Numbered from the stretch's first letter, positions 1 through 10,938 are shown. The stretch: DNA of 64,000 nucleotides from an uncultured Alphaproteobacteria bacterium (GCA_963735835.1 CAVTNA010000032.1:2248-66247), one strand, 5' to 3'. Program-made: numbers and translations. The notes: generated by a model not told the origin, from the sequence alone.

Positions 1-265
1 CGTTGATCGTCAGGCCGTTCTGCCCTCCGGTGCCATATCCTGCTGGTGCGTTCTGATTGGTTGTGGTGCCGGAGCAGGTCACCGTCGTGCCGGACGCCGG
101 CGTGCCCGGTCCCGGTCCCGCGGCAGGTGCGCAGGCGGCCCATGCGCCCGAACCTGTCAACCCTGCGGCGGCAACAACTATTGCCGCGCCGATTATTCGC
201 AGCGATGCCTGGACCAAATTGCGCCGGCTACGGCCTGCGCCTGTCACCAACTTGAAAGCACCCAC
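1..265 (-). CDS. 5' end of a secreted protein, probably an autotransporter passenger (runs off the window edge)
   Basis: Not in ORF track. GTG at 265 with GGGGAGG RBS; reads ...SLRIIGAAIVVAAAGLTGSGAWA-ACAPAAGPGPGTPASGTTVTCSGTTTNQNAPAGYGTGGQNGLTIN, i.e. a signal peptide then a G/T/N-rich passenger-like start. Confidence 0.65.
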   Translation of the reverse strand, partial: MGAFKLVTGAGRSRRNLVQASLRIIGAAIVVAAAGLTGSGAWAACAPAAGPGPGTPASGTTVTCSGTTTNQNAPAGYGTGGQNGLTIN

Positions 266-569
266 CTACGCCTCCCCTACACAACTCTGGCCATTCCGGG
301 CGCTACGCCCTGATATTTTTCACGCTCTGATATTTTCCCCGCATAGCCAATTCGCCGGAACTGGCGAACCTCATCCCTCTCCAATATCTGCGCGACCCTC
401 AGCCATCGCCCAGCCATTCAACCCCCGCTTGCTGCGTCGCGCGCTCGCCGATGTCCCGCACACATTTTCGTGATCGCGGAATGATCGCCTCAATGAAGCG
501 TCCTGACGTTTGGTGTGCGGATCCCACAACCTGAAGGAAACGCCAGCCGAACAGAAACAGACGGGGAAA

Positions 570-607
570 TATGATCAAGAACATACGGCGGCATGTTTCA
601 GAACATA
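570..607. promoter_or_regulatory. Two tandem imperfect palindromes, probable TetR operators
   Basis: TATGATCAAGAACATA (570-585) and CATGTTTCAGAACATA (592-607), 22 bp apart, about 45 bp upstream of the TetR start. Confidence 0.55.
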
Positions 608-650
608 TCCTGACCCGTGACAATTCCGCACCGGTGCGGAACTGAAAGCG

Positions 651-1259
651 ATGCCCGGTCCGCCTCAGCATCGCGAACAGATCCGGCAAAAAATCATCCA
701 GAGCGCGGCGCTGCTGTTCAATCGCCACGGTTTCACGGCCGTCTCGATCGATGACATCATGGCTGGCGCGGGGCTAACGCGCGGCGGCTTCTACAGTTAT
801 TTTCACAGCAAAAGCGAACTCTATGCCGAGACGATTAGCCGCTTTGTAGATGACAAGCGGGAAGGCGCCGAGGCCATCAAGAAAGCGCCGGATCGCGCGG
901 TCGGGATCGTTCGCGATTATCTGTCTCTAAGGCACCTTGGCGACTTCGAGACCTGCTGTCCGCTGCTCGGCCTGCCCAATGACCTGGCGCGAAGCGACCC
1001 ATCGGTCAGAGCGGCGCAGGAATCCGCGATCAGGATGATGGTCAAAACCTTCGAGCATGGCATGACGGCGTCCGCGCAGCCGGGCAGGCAACGCGCGCTT
1101 GCGCTCACCTCGCTTTGCGTGGGGGCCATGGTGCTGGCCCGATCGATCGAAGACCAATCTCTCGCCGATGAGCTGCGCGAGGCCGCAATGAACATTGCGC
1201 TGGAGCTTGGACGCTGGAGCTGGACTAGCCGGCAGGCGGCGCCGAAAACCAGAGTGTGA
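651..1259 (+). CDS. TetR/AcrR family transcriptional regulator
   Basis: N-terminal HTH IIQSAALLFNRHGFTAVSIDDIMAGAGLTRGGFYSYFHSKSEL. Confidence 0.92.
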   Translation: MPGPPQHREQIRQKIIQSAALLFNRHGFTAVSIDDIMAGAGLTRGGFYSYFHSKSELYAETISRFVDDKREGAEAIKKAPDRAVGIVRDYLSLRHLGDFETCCPLLGLPNDLARSDPSVRAAQESAIRMMVKTFEHGMTASAQPGRQRALALTSLCVGAMVLARSIEDQSLADELREAAMNIALELGRWSWTSRQAAPKTRV

Positions 1260-2601
1260 ACCTGAGACCCGGCGCGTTATCGAGCATTTCGATCCGCGCG
1301 CCATGAAGCCCTGCGACGGCGGCGACCAGGCTGAGCCCGAGACCGTTTCCCGGCGTGTAGCGGCTGTGTCGAGTTGGTAGAAGCGCTTGAAGACGTGCTG
1401 GTATTGCCCGGCGGGAATTCCGGGCCCGTCATCGGCGATCGAAACGACCGGGCGGCCATCGATGGTTTCGTTCGCAACGACGACGTGCCCTCCGGGGCGG
1501 CCGTGCTTGATCGCATTGTCCACGAGATTGGCGATGGCATCAAAGATCAGGTCGCGATCGCCGGTCACCAGCACCTCGGGGTCGCCGGTCACGGTGAGAC
1601 TCGTGCCGTCCTGCTCAGCCGCGGCGTCGTACAGTTCGACGACTTCATTGGCGATGTCGACCAGATTGACGCTGCGGAACGCGCCCTTTCGCGCCTGGGT
1701 CTCGATATGGGCGATCCGCGTCAGCGAGGCGAATATGCGCAACACGGCATCGAGGTCGGCGATGGTGTCGCCGATCAGCGCCTGATCATCCTCGGCCCCG
1801 CGCTGGCCGTGATAGGCCTTCTCCAGCCGTCCGCGCATTCGCGTCAAGGGCGTCCGCAGATCGTGCGCGACGTTGTCGCTCACCTGCTTGACCTCCGCCA
1901 TCAATGTTTCGATGCGATCCAGCATCAGGTTGAGGTTCTCGGCGACGCGATCCCATTCGTCGTGGGTGCCGCGCAGCGGAATGCGCTGGTCGAGGCCGCT
2001 GCGCATGATGGCCCGGCTGGTGGCGTTGATCGATTCGATCCGTCCCACGGTCCGGCGGGTCACAAGAATGCTGGCGACGCCCGCAACCGCGAATATCAAT
2101 GCAACGCTGGAGATCACGGCAGTCTTGATCTGATCGGCAAAGCTGTCGAGGTCGCTGATGTCCTTTCCCACCAGCAGACGATCGCCGCCCGGAAATGTCG
2201 CGATCATCGCCCGCAGCAGCGGCGGGCCGGCCCGCCCCACGCGACGATGCGCGAAACTCCGCCCATCCCCCGGCCGAGGTGACCGTCGCGGGCCACGCCT
2301 CGAGGTTGCCGGCGAGCGCGGCCGACGAGGGATCGGCGAGGAGATAGACGTTGCCGGCAAAACTCTGGTCGGCGATGCGGCGTTGAATCAGGGCGATCAG
2401 CGCCTCGCGGCCCGATCGCTCGTAGGCATCCCGCAGGCTCGAATACTCGGTCATGATGGCGCGGTCGGATCGGCTGCGCACGTAGCCGGAGGTGGACAAA
2501 TAGACGTAGCTCAGGATGGCCGACACGACTACGCCGAAGGTCCCGATCGCGATCAGCGCCAGCTTGAAAGTCGATGACGTGAGCGTCTTAGCCAGGAGCA
2601 C
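1225..2601 (-). CDS. HAMP-domain sensor histidine kinase (frameshifted in this sequence)
   Basis: H-box VAHDLRTPL, N-box NLVDNAIKH, DDGPGI, GNGLGLSLV across frames; GTG start overlaps the response regulator stop. Confidence 0.88.
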
Positions 2602-3282
2602 GGAGACAGTACCCGATACCGCGAACCGTATCAATTCAGCGGATAGGCCTGCTGGCCGTCGACCTTGCGACGCACACGCCCGACATAGACGTCGATAATA
2701 TTCGTGGAGGGATCGAAATGCAGATCCCAGACGTGCTGCAGCAGCATCGCCCGGGATACGACGTGGCCTTCGTTGCGCACCAGATATTCCAGAAGCTGGA
2801 ATTCCCGGGGAAAAAGCGGAAATGTCCTTGCCGCGCCGGCTGGCGGTCCGCGACACCAGGTCGATCGCGAGATCGCCGACGTGCAGAATGGTCTGCTTGA
2901 CGATGGTGTCACTGCGTCGGCCAAGCGCCTCGACGCGCGCCAGCAGTTCGACGAAGGAAAACGGCTTGACCAGATAGTCATCGCCCCCGGCCCGCAAGCC
3001 ACGCACCCGATCGTCGACTTCGCCGAGCGCACTGATGATCAGCACGGGAGCCGCGATGCCGTCGTCGCGCAATTGACGCATGACCGTGATGCCGTCGATG
3101 TCCGGAAGCATCCGGTCGATCGTGATCACGGCATAGTCGCCGGCGACGCCGCGGCTCAGCGCCTCGCTGCCGCTGGCGGCCAAATCCACCTGGTAACCGC
3201 TGGTCGTGAGCGACTCCAGGAGTTGGCCCGCGGTTTCCGGGTCGTCTTCGACGACCAGGATACGGCGGTGACCTCCCGTCAT
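2588..3282 (-). CDS. OmpR-family response regulator (frameshifted)
   Basis: ILVVEDD...DRMLP...DDYLVKPF receiver; winged-helix REFQLLEYL...NIIDVYVGRVRRK...TVRGIGY. Confidence 0.9.
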
Positions 3283-3595
3283 GGGGTTCCCTCTCCGAAC
3301 GCGACCGGCCAAAAGCCGATGTCACATCAGTAAAATCGGAAGTCCAGCGGCCGATATCAATGCGCCGAAATCAATTCACGCGATCCAAAGGTTGCGTGAG
3401 CAAAGCCCGCCAATGGGCGTGACAGTCGCCAGCCCTTCATCGGAAGACGCCGGGGCTGGCGACCATCATGATGCCTGGATCGTTGCTCACGAACCGCGCC
3501 GACGCGGCGGGACCGGCGCGCAGGCGTTGTCCAGGCAACTCGCCAGATCAAGTTCGCTGTGGCGTTACACCGATCGCGACGCAACGCCCGTGGCG

Positions 3596-4112
3596 CTAGT
3601 AACCGTAGTAACCGTAGTCGGTGCAGACGTCGACCCACTGCAGTCCATATGGCGTCCACGCCCTGCGCCAACAGCCATCGTAGGCGGCGTAGGCGAAGGG
3701 CGCGCCAACGAACGCAAAGCGATTGAAGCGGTGATGGATGAAGCGTCCCCGGTCATGGAACCCGATATCTTGAGAACCCGGGCGAGAATGCAGCATGCGC
3801 AGACCGCACACCTGCAAACCGGCTACCGCTGAATTGCGGGCCACCGCTCATACCGCTGAAACGCGGGCCGCCGGCCATACCGCTGAAATGAGCGCCGCTG
3901 CTGATGCCACCGGGGGCTCCTCCTCCGAAGCTGGCATGCCCACCTCCCATGCCACCTCCTCCGTAGCCGCCATGCCCCCCTCCCATGCCTCCCATGCCTG
4001 CCATGCCGCCCCCGCCGCCACCGCCGCCACCGCGAGCGAGTACCGGTGACGCCAGAGCAAGCGACGTCGCAAGCGCACCCGCGATGAGGCGACTGAGGAC
4101 CTTGTTGTTCAT
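3596..4112 (-). CDS. Secreted glycine-rich protein with C-terminal Cys-bracketed aromatic motif (frameshifted)
   Basis: Signal peptide MNNKVLSRLIAGALATSLALASPVLA, poly-Gly/Met tract, ends GCWRRAWTPYGLQWVDVCTDYGYYGY. Confidence 0.75.
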
Positions 4113-4477
4113 CCCAATTTCCTCGTGGTTGAATTGCCGCGACGGGTGTCGTCGCAAACAAGAATACGATCGGGAGACTGAGAATGATCCCCTTCTTCAA
4201 ATGACAAATGCGACAGTTTCTGACACGAAAATTAGTGGGCACCGCACAAAGGCGGCGGTGCTCCGAGGTCCCAAAAAACGGCTCACCCCGTGGAGCGCCA
4301 GTTTTCGAGGTGTTTTCGCCGTGCACGACACCGTGACGAAACATTTCTTACCGCGATGAAACCAGTCTACGGCTTCGACGCAAACGTTCTGAAACCCTCG
4401 CCCTGTACTGATCGACCCCAATGAAGCGCCGAAATGGCGCCTGGGCGCGCAAACAGACTGAAAAACAGGGGCCGACC

Positions 4478-5173
4478 ATGTTCAATCGGGTTGCATTGAA
4501 GCTGAAAATTCCCGGCCGTGCCGCCGCCTTCGGGGCGCTGGCGCTCGGCACCATCGCGATTTTCCGGCTCCGCCGCGGCCGCGCCGCTGCAGCTGTTTCC
4601 TTTCCTCATGGCCCCGCCGGCGCCATCGGCGCCGCCGCCGGTGCAGGCAGCACCATCCGAAGACGAAGGCACCGCGGTCGAGATGCCGGCGCGGCTGAAA
4701 CGTCGAGATCGTCAGCTACGCCACCCGCGAGGCGCCGGCACCACATCATCGATACGCCCAACACCTATCTTCTATTATGTGCTCGGCGGCGGTCAGGCGA
4801 TCCGCTACGGCATCGGTGTCGGCCGCGAAGGTTTCACCTGACTGGGGGTGTAGTCGGTGACCAGGAAGGCCGAGTGGCCAGATTGGACACCGCCCGCCGG
4901 AAATGATCGCGCGCCAGCCCTATTTGCCGCGTCAAATGGCCGGCGGCCCCGGCAATCCGCTCGGCGCCCGCGCGATGTATCTCGGCGGCACGGTGTATCG
5001 CATTCACGGCACCAACGCGCCGCGAAACCATCGGCACCCGCGTGTCGTCCGGCTGCATCCGCCTCACCAACCAGGACGTCACCGACCTCTACTCGCGGGT
5101 CAACGTCGGCACCAAAGTGATCGTGCTGCCGATGGACCGCCGCGCCGACAACGCGGTCGGCAAGCGGGGTTGA
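4478..5173 (+). pseudogene. L,D-transpeptidase (ErfK/YbiS/YkuD family), disrupted
   Basis: IDTPNTYL, IRYGIGVGREGF, KAEWPDW, NPLGARAMYLG, YRIHGTN, SSGCIRL motifs; several frameshifts plus in-frame TGA (4839) and TAG (4851). Confidence 0.8.
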
Positions 5174-5205
5174 TTGGATAGCGCGCAAGCAAATTTACGT
5201 CAGCG

Positions 5206-5236
5206 AAAATGGCGCGGTTTCCGCGCCATTTTTTTG
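5206..5236 (+). terminator. Intrinsic terminator
   Basis: AAAATGGCGCGG-TTT-CCGCGCCATTTT followed by a T run. Confidence 0.8.
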
Positions 5237-5461
5237 CTTCTTGTCGAACAATGCCTCCATCACCTCGGCGAACGCCAACCGATCTTTAATTGACACGATA
5301 TCCTTCGAGACGACCGTTCGCGGCCTGCTCCGCGCCGCAGCGAAATGACGCGATGTGCCAGATACCGGACCATCGCTTCCCACTTAAACATTGGTCCGAA
5401 CCTGATAACATTCGTCCGAACGGCCCCGTACAATGGATGAACAAAAGGAATAGCTCACAAC

Positions 5462-7024
5462 GTGGGCGACGAGGTCCTGTTTCAATTGCAAGCACACCCG
5501 CCAGCGCGCGGCATCGAGCAGGATTGCCTTTGGCGTGGTTATTGCCTTGTCTGCCGCCTTCGCCGCAAGCATGCCGTTCGAACTATACAGGCCTTACGTA
5601 TTGACGCTTTCCTTACGGTTAGCCAAAGCCATCGTGTTGTTTGCAGAAATCCTTACGGCGATCTTTTTGTTTTCTCAATTTTCTATTCAACCTCGGCCCG
5701 CCCTGCTGGCCCTCGCAAACGGGTATGTATGCGGCGGCCTATTTGGTTTTCGAAACGCTTGACTTGCCGGGTGCGTACAGCGCGACAGGTATCGTCACCG
5801 GCACCCCGAGCGGGGCAGTCTGGTTTTTTTTCTTCTGGCGCATAACGTTGCCCGCTTGCTGTGATTGCCTATGTATCGTTGAAAAGGACACGAAGGAAAC
5901 CGCTAATCCGGTCGCAAAGATTTCGACCGGGCCGGGCTATCGGTATCACCATCGCTTGCGCATTCGCGACGACGGCGAGGCTGACGTGGCTCCTTGCGGC
6001 GGGATATCTGCCGGGCCTGAACGTGGTGCAACACAACAGCCATTGGTTCAGTACTTTGCAGTGGTGACCTGGTCACTTAATACCATAGCGGTGGTGCTGC
6101 TATTTATCCGGAAGCGCACCATCCTCGATGTATGGCTCATCGTGGCGTCGTTGTGTCGTTACCCGATCTCACATTAGCGATTCTCTACGCGGTAACCATC
6201 CGTTTTTCTGTCCGGTGGTATGTCGGCAAGGCCTTTTTACTGATCGGCAGTTGGACCGTGCTGGTTGTTTTGCTCTGGGAAACGATGATGCTTTACGCGC
6301 GACTCGCCAGCGCGATGATCTTGCAGCGGCGGGATCGGGTCCATCGGATTATGAGCGTAGACGAGGCTACTTCCGCAATCGCTCACGAACTCAGGCAGCC
6401 ATTGGCGGCTATGGCGTTAAACTGCGACGCAGGTTTGGAATGCCTCGAAGCGGCAACCCTTGACGTTGAAGAGCTGCGGTCCTGTTTTTCAGATGCAAAG
6501 AAAGACACCACCCGTGCGAGCGAGATAATTGCGGGTGTCCGAGCACTCTTTAGGTCAGTTCCCGGTCGAAGGACAATCGTTGAAATTAATGACCTCGTTC
6601 GTGAGGTTCTGAGCATGGTCGAGAATAATGTCCGCGTTCAAGGAATATCAATCTCGTCCGAACTTGAAGAAAATTTGCCACGACTAGCCGTCGATCAAAT
6701 CCAACTACAACAAGTCATTTTGAATTTGGTCAATAACGCAATTGATGCACTGGCATCGCTTGGCCCCGCAAAAATAAAAGCTATACGAGTGGTGACGACC
6801 CGAGGTCCGAACTCCCGCATCTCCATTTTGGTCCAAGACAGCGGACCCGGAATAATTTCCGAAAGTAAGGCCAACATATTCGATCCCTTCTTCACAACGA
6901 AATCTTCCGGAATGGGATTGGGACTTTCGATTTCTCGAGGATCATCGAGGATCATAACGGTAGTCTTCGGCTCACCGAAACAAGTTCAAAAGGCTGTACT
7001 TTCGAAATCACTTTGCCGGTTTAG
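5462..7024 (+). CDS. Membrane sensor histidine kinase, MASE4-like N-terminus (multiple frameshifts; start approximate)
   Basis: Multi-TM N-terminus (LTAIFLFSQFSIQPRPALLALANGY); IAHELRQPL, QVILNLVNNAIDA, DSGPGI, FDPFFTTKSSGMGLGLSI; lower GC. Confidence 0.8.
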
Positions 7025-7084
7025 CAACCAGCGTGACAATTCGATGATGCTAGGAGCGGGCAATTTTGGTGACAGGCAGCGCGC

Positions 7085-7459
7085 CTACGAACCCGCCGAT
7101 GCTCGCTTGAGCGGCTCGATCAGCGACTTCGCCGAGAACGGCTTTTCGAGATATGCGAGACATTCGCCGGATTGAAGCGCTGCCTCGCGAGAGGCGGGGT
7201 TGTCATTGGCGGTCATGTAGATAACAGGCACGTCAATCCCCGCGGCTTTTAGACTACGCCGCAACTCGATACCTGATCCATCGTTCAGGTTGACGTCCAG
7301 AATGATGCACGCCGCCCTTTTGTAATCGTTGTGGCCTCTGAAAGCCTCAGCGGACGCGAACAGGATGCTGTCGTAGCCATGCTGTTTCAGCACGCGCGCT
7401 ACGCCCCTCAAGATGGCGGGGTTATCATCCACGACAAATACGAGTTCTCGATCAGACAA
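7085..7459 (-). CDS. Single-domain response regulator (FixJ-like receiver)
   Basis: VFVVDDN...CIILDVNL...PVIYMTA...YLEKPF. Confidence 0.88.
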   Translation of the reverse strand: MSDRELVFVVDDNPAILRGVARVLKQHGYDSILFASAEAFRGHNDYKRAACIILDVNLNDGSGIELRRSLKAAGIDVPVIYMTANDNPASREAALQSGECLAYLEKPFSAKSLIEPLKRASAGS

Positions 7460-7786
7460 AAATAAAACTCCCTGACATGTTCGGCGACGCCGCTTTTGCT
7501 AATCGTTGGGAACAACAATCCGAGCTAGACCGGCGTTCCTCTATGGGTGGATTGCGCGGCACCACGAGTGTAGCAAAATGACGAGCGGGCGGATTGTCGA
7601 AGTTCGCCAAATCGTTGTTTTGCGCGGCCAATAATTGTCCGTTGCAAATTATCGCTTTAGGTCATTCGCGACCGGGTCGAGCCAGCAGCAAGTCCGGTGA
7701 CGAGACTCTGACAAGGCGGTAAGAGTGCTCTGGCGCCGCAACAACCCGCCCTGTAGACTCTCCGGCTGAATCAGTCCGGGGGGACG

Positions 7787-9355
7787 ATGCGAGCGGCGGT
7801 GAGCATCAAGACAATCCTGTTTGGGATCGCGGTGGTCGTGATCTCGTTTTTCGTCAGCCTGAAGACGATGGACTGGCTGTCGCCGCGCGGCAACGTCCGC
7901 GCGCCGGTACTGGCCGAACTGCCGCCGCTGCCGACCGCCGCTCGTGTTTCCAGCATCGTTGTGCCGGTCGCGATTGCGCTTGCCGCCATTCGCGACGCCA
8001 CCGACCGCGGCGCGCCGCGCAGCTTCGCGGGCAAGGCCGACAATCCGGTGTCGCAGCTGCTCCAGAATGCCGATATCGGCTGGACCGCGTCGCGCGGGCC
8101 GATCGCGGCGAGCGGCGCCCAGGACGTGCTGTCGCTGGCGATGCCGCTGACGGGAAATCTGAATGTGACCGGTTCGCTGTCGTCGAAGGCGACGGGCGCG
8201 GTCGGCGACGCGCTCGGTAGCTTGCTCGGCGGCAATGTCGCCAGGCAGATCGGCAGCGTGAACATCAAGTCGCTCAATGCGAGCGCGGAGATCAGGGGTA
8301 ACGTCACCTTCACCTCGCGGCCCAAGCTCGCCGCGGCCTGGCACCTGGAGCCGAATCTGGCTGCCCAGGTGACGCTCGGCGACACCAGCCTCATCGCGGC
8401 CGGCGCGCGCGTCAATGTGCCGGCGCAGGTCAAGCCCCTGATTGAAAAGACCGTCGCCGATCAGGTCGCCGCGGCGGAGACGCGGATCCGCAACGACCGC
8501 ACCTTCGAGCAGAGCGCGAGGACGCAATGGGCCAAGGCCTGCCGTTCGTTTCCGCTGCAGGGCGCCGGCGCCGGCTCGACATTGCCGCCGCTCTGGCTGG
8601 AGTTGCGGCCGACCCGCGCGATCGCGGCGCAGCCTCGCGTCGATGCCTCGGCGGTCACGCTCTCGCTTGGCATCGAGGCGGAGACGCGCATTACGTCGGC
8701 GGAGACCAGGCCGGACTGCCCGTTTCCCGCCAGGATCGTCATCGTCCCGCCGACGCCCGGTGGGGTCAACATCGGCGTGCCGATCGACGTGCCGTTCACC
8801 GAGATCAGCAATATCGTGGAGGCGCAGTTCGCCGGCCGGACATTTCCGGAGGACGGTTCGGGCTCGGTCGATGTCACCGTCAAGCGCGCAAATGTCGCGG
8901 CGTCGGGCGATCGCCTGCTGATTTCGTTGCTGGTGAATGCCAGGGAGAAAAAGAGCTTCTTCGGGCTGGGCGGCGAAGCCATGGTGCATATCTGGGGCAA
9001 GCCGGTGCTCGATCAGGCGCAGCAGACGCTGCGACTCAGCAATGTCCAACTCGCCGTCGAATTGGAGGCCGCGTTCGGGCTGCTCGGGGCCGCGGCGCGG
9101 GCGGTCATGCCGCATCTGCAAAAGGCGCTTGCCGAAAAAGCCACGATCGACCTCAAGCCGTTCGCTTCAAATGCGCAGAAGAAAATCGCCGCGGCGATTT
9201 CGGACTTTCAGACGAACGAGGAAGGCGTGCGGGTGACGAGCGATATCACGAGCCTGCGGCTCGCCGACATCGCCTTCGATTCCAGGACGCTGCGCGTGAT
9301 CGCCGTGGCCGAGGGCGCAATCAATGTTTACGTGACCTCGCTGCCGGGGCTGTGA
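7787..9355 (+). CDS. DUF4403-like protein with N-terminal membrane anchor
   Basis: Intact 522-aa ORF with strong GC3 bias and N-terminal TM; family assignment from recalled similarity. Confidence 0.7.
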   Translation: MRAAVSIKTILFGIAVVVISFFVSLKTMDWLSPRGNVRAPVLAELPPLPTAARVSSIVVPVAIALAAIRDATDRGAPRSFAGKADNPVSQLLQNADIGWTASRGPIAASGAQDVLSLAMPLTGNLNVTGSLSSKATGAVGDALGSLLGGNVARQIGSVNIKSLNASAEIRGNVTFTSRPKLAAAWHLEPNLAAQVTLGDTSLIAAGARVNVPAQVKPLIEKTVADQVAAAETRIRNDRTFEQSARTQWAKACRSFPLQGAGAGSTLPPLWLELRPTRAIAAQPRVDASAVTLSLGIEAETRITSAETRPDCPFPARIVIVPPTPGGVNIGVPIDVPFTEISNIVEAQFAGRTFPEDGSGSVDVTVKRANVAASGDRLLISLLVNAREKKSFFGLGGEAMVHIWGKPVLDQAQQTLRLSNVQLAVELEAAFGLLGAAARAVMPHLQKALAEKATIDLKPFASNAQKKIAAAISDFQTNEEGVRVTSDITSLRLADIAFDSRTLRVIAVAEGAINVYVTSLPGL

Positions 9356-9417
9356 GCTGCCTCTCTCCCCCACATGCGGCGAGAGAGAGGCAGAGCGGAC
9401 GCGCCGCGATCGCCTCG

Positions 9418-9630
9418 TCAGTCCTCGAATTTGAACGAGATATTGAGCTTGGCGCGGTAGGCTTCGATCTTGCCCTTGGCATCCAGTTGCAGATCGAGTT
9501 TGACGACTTCGGCCACGCGAAGATCCCGCAGGGATTTTCCGGCGCGGGTGACCGCCGCTGCGGCCGCCTGTTCCCAGGATTCCTTGCTGGTGCCGACCAG
9601 TTCGATGACCTTGTAGACGCTCTCAGGCAT
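9418..9630 (-). CDS. Dodecin family flavin-binding protein
   Basis: SVYKVIELVGTSKESWEQAA...YRAKLNISFK, 70 aa. Confidence 0.92.
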   Translation of the reverse strand: MPESVYKVIELVGTSKESWEQAAAAAVTRAGKSLRDLRVAEVVKLDLQLDAKGKIEAYRAKLNISFKFED

Positions 9631-9828
9631 GTCGTCCTCCCGTTCGTGTCAGGCAGGACGCAGGTGGTCCTGCCATGGAAACCTAACATCGCACCATCGC
9701 GGCTAAAAGGATGCGGCGCACCATGCCGCGGTTCCCCGACGCAAGCCGCGCAGCCGATCAGAAAATGACCGGGCGGCAGCGGCGCCGTCCGGCCATTATG
9801 CGATCCGGTCGTAAGTTTCGTCCGCGCC

Positions 9829-10356
9829 CTAGGTCAAATACTTGAACTCGGGCATCGCCTTAAGCTCATCCTTGGTGGCGTTGAACACCGCGTGATCCGG
9901 ATACCACGGATTGGGCTTCGACACGCTCGCCGGCGCGGTATTGGTGCTCGTACCCGTGGTGGTCGATGGCGCCGGCCGGCTGCCCGCGGCGTTCGGCGCC
10001 CCGGCCACGCCGGTATAGGCGATCGGCTCCGTGACGAACTTGATCTTGTCGAAGCTAACCGCGACCAGATGCGCGCCGACGCCGAGGAAGCCGCCGACGC
10101 CGATCACCACCGCCTTGATGCTCCCGTTTTTGTCGGTCAGGAGATCGTTGATCGAGCCGATGCTCTCATTCTGGTCGTTGTAGACATTGAGGCCGACGAT
10201 CTTCGAGGCGCGCCAGTCACCCTGGAACGACGAGCCCGATGCGGCAGCCGGCGCGATGTTGGCGCGGTCGGTGGTTGGTGTCGGAGTTTGCGCAAACGCA
10301 ACGGTCGCAAGCAACGCGGACGCGGTCACACCTGCCGTGAAATATTTGGCTAGCAT
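9829..10356 (-). CDS. Secreted PRC-barrel domain protein
   Basis: Signal peptide; WRASKIVGLNVYN...IGSINDLL...VIGVGGFLGVG. Confidence 0.9.
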   Translation of the reverse strand: MLAKYFTAGVTASALLATVAFAQTPTPTTDRANIAPAAASGSSFQGDWRASKIVGLNVYNDQNESIGSINDLLTDKNGSIKAVVIGVGGFLGVGAHLVAVSFDKIKFVTEPIAYTGVAGAPNAAGSRPAPSTTTGTSTNTAPASVSKPNPWYPDHAVFNATKDELKAMPEFKYLT

Positions 10357-10391
10357 GTGCTTTCTCCCTGATGAAAAACTTGTCAGAAGAA

Positions 10392-10416
10392 AACACCCGA
10401 CGCTGCCGACTGTTCC
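10392..10416 (-). promoter_or_regulatory. EcfG (sigma-T) type general stress promoter
   Basis: GGAAC-N16-TGTT on the minus strand upstream of the PRC-barrel gene; consensus GGAAC-N16/17-CGTT. Confidence 0.55.
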
Positions 10417-10529
10417 AATGGCTGGAACATATTCGGCTGTAACGCAGCGCAGCATTGGCAGGTTTCGCGCAACGCTGTCATGCGCGCCGTTGCGGCAGAT
10501 CGCTGCCTGGCAACGTCTTCGACGCGCGA

Positions 10530-10910
10530 TCAGAACCCGCTCCAGTATGGCGGTATTCCGTAATAGCGATGCAATGCCGCTTCCTGCGAGCGATCGCCCC
10601 AGTCGAAATCCTTGTCCGCATGGAATGATGGCGCGCGCCTGAGTTCGTCATCGTCGATGTCGAGCTCATAGGCCTCAAATCCGGGATTGTAGACGAGGCG
10701 CGCCCAAGGCAGCGGAAGCAGGTTCGTCCCCATGCCGAGAAATCCGCCGAAACTGAGGATCGCATAGGACACCTTGCCGGAAACCTTGTCGATCATCAGC
10801 CGTTCGATGTGGCCGATCCTGTCGCCGTTCGGCCGTCGCACCGCGGTGCCCTCGACCCGATCGCTCGCGATCAGCTGATGCGGCTTTGCCATGATCTCAG
10901 TCATCATCAC
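10530..10910 (-). CDS. PRC-barrel domain protein
   Basis: LIASDRVEGTAV...IGHIERLMIDKVSGKVSYAILSFGGFLGMG. Confidence 0.92.
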   Translation of the reverse strand: MMMTEIMAKPHQLIASDRVEGTAVRRPNGDRIGHIERLMIDKVSGKVSYAILSFGGFLGMGTNLLPLPWARLVYNPGFEAYELDIDDDELRRAPSFHADKDFDWGDRSQEAALHRYYGIPPYWSGF

Positions 10911-10938
10911 CCTCCTGTTGGGTTAATGAAGCTAAATC

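Noticed and set aside
1225-1259. 35-bp convergent overlap of TetR and kinase 3' ends as antisense regulation
   Set aside because: Short tail overlaps are common and the kinase end depends on frameshift reconstruction.
7649-9768. Long alternative-frame and antisense ORFs (e.g. 7649-9121, 8527-9768, also 35148-36593, 43598-45004, 55597-56961)
   Set aside because: Shadow ORFs of real high-GC genes; Arg/Ala/Pro-rich with no motifs.
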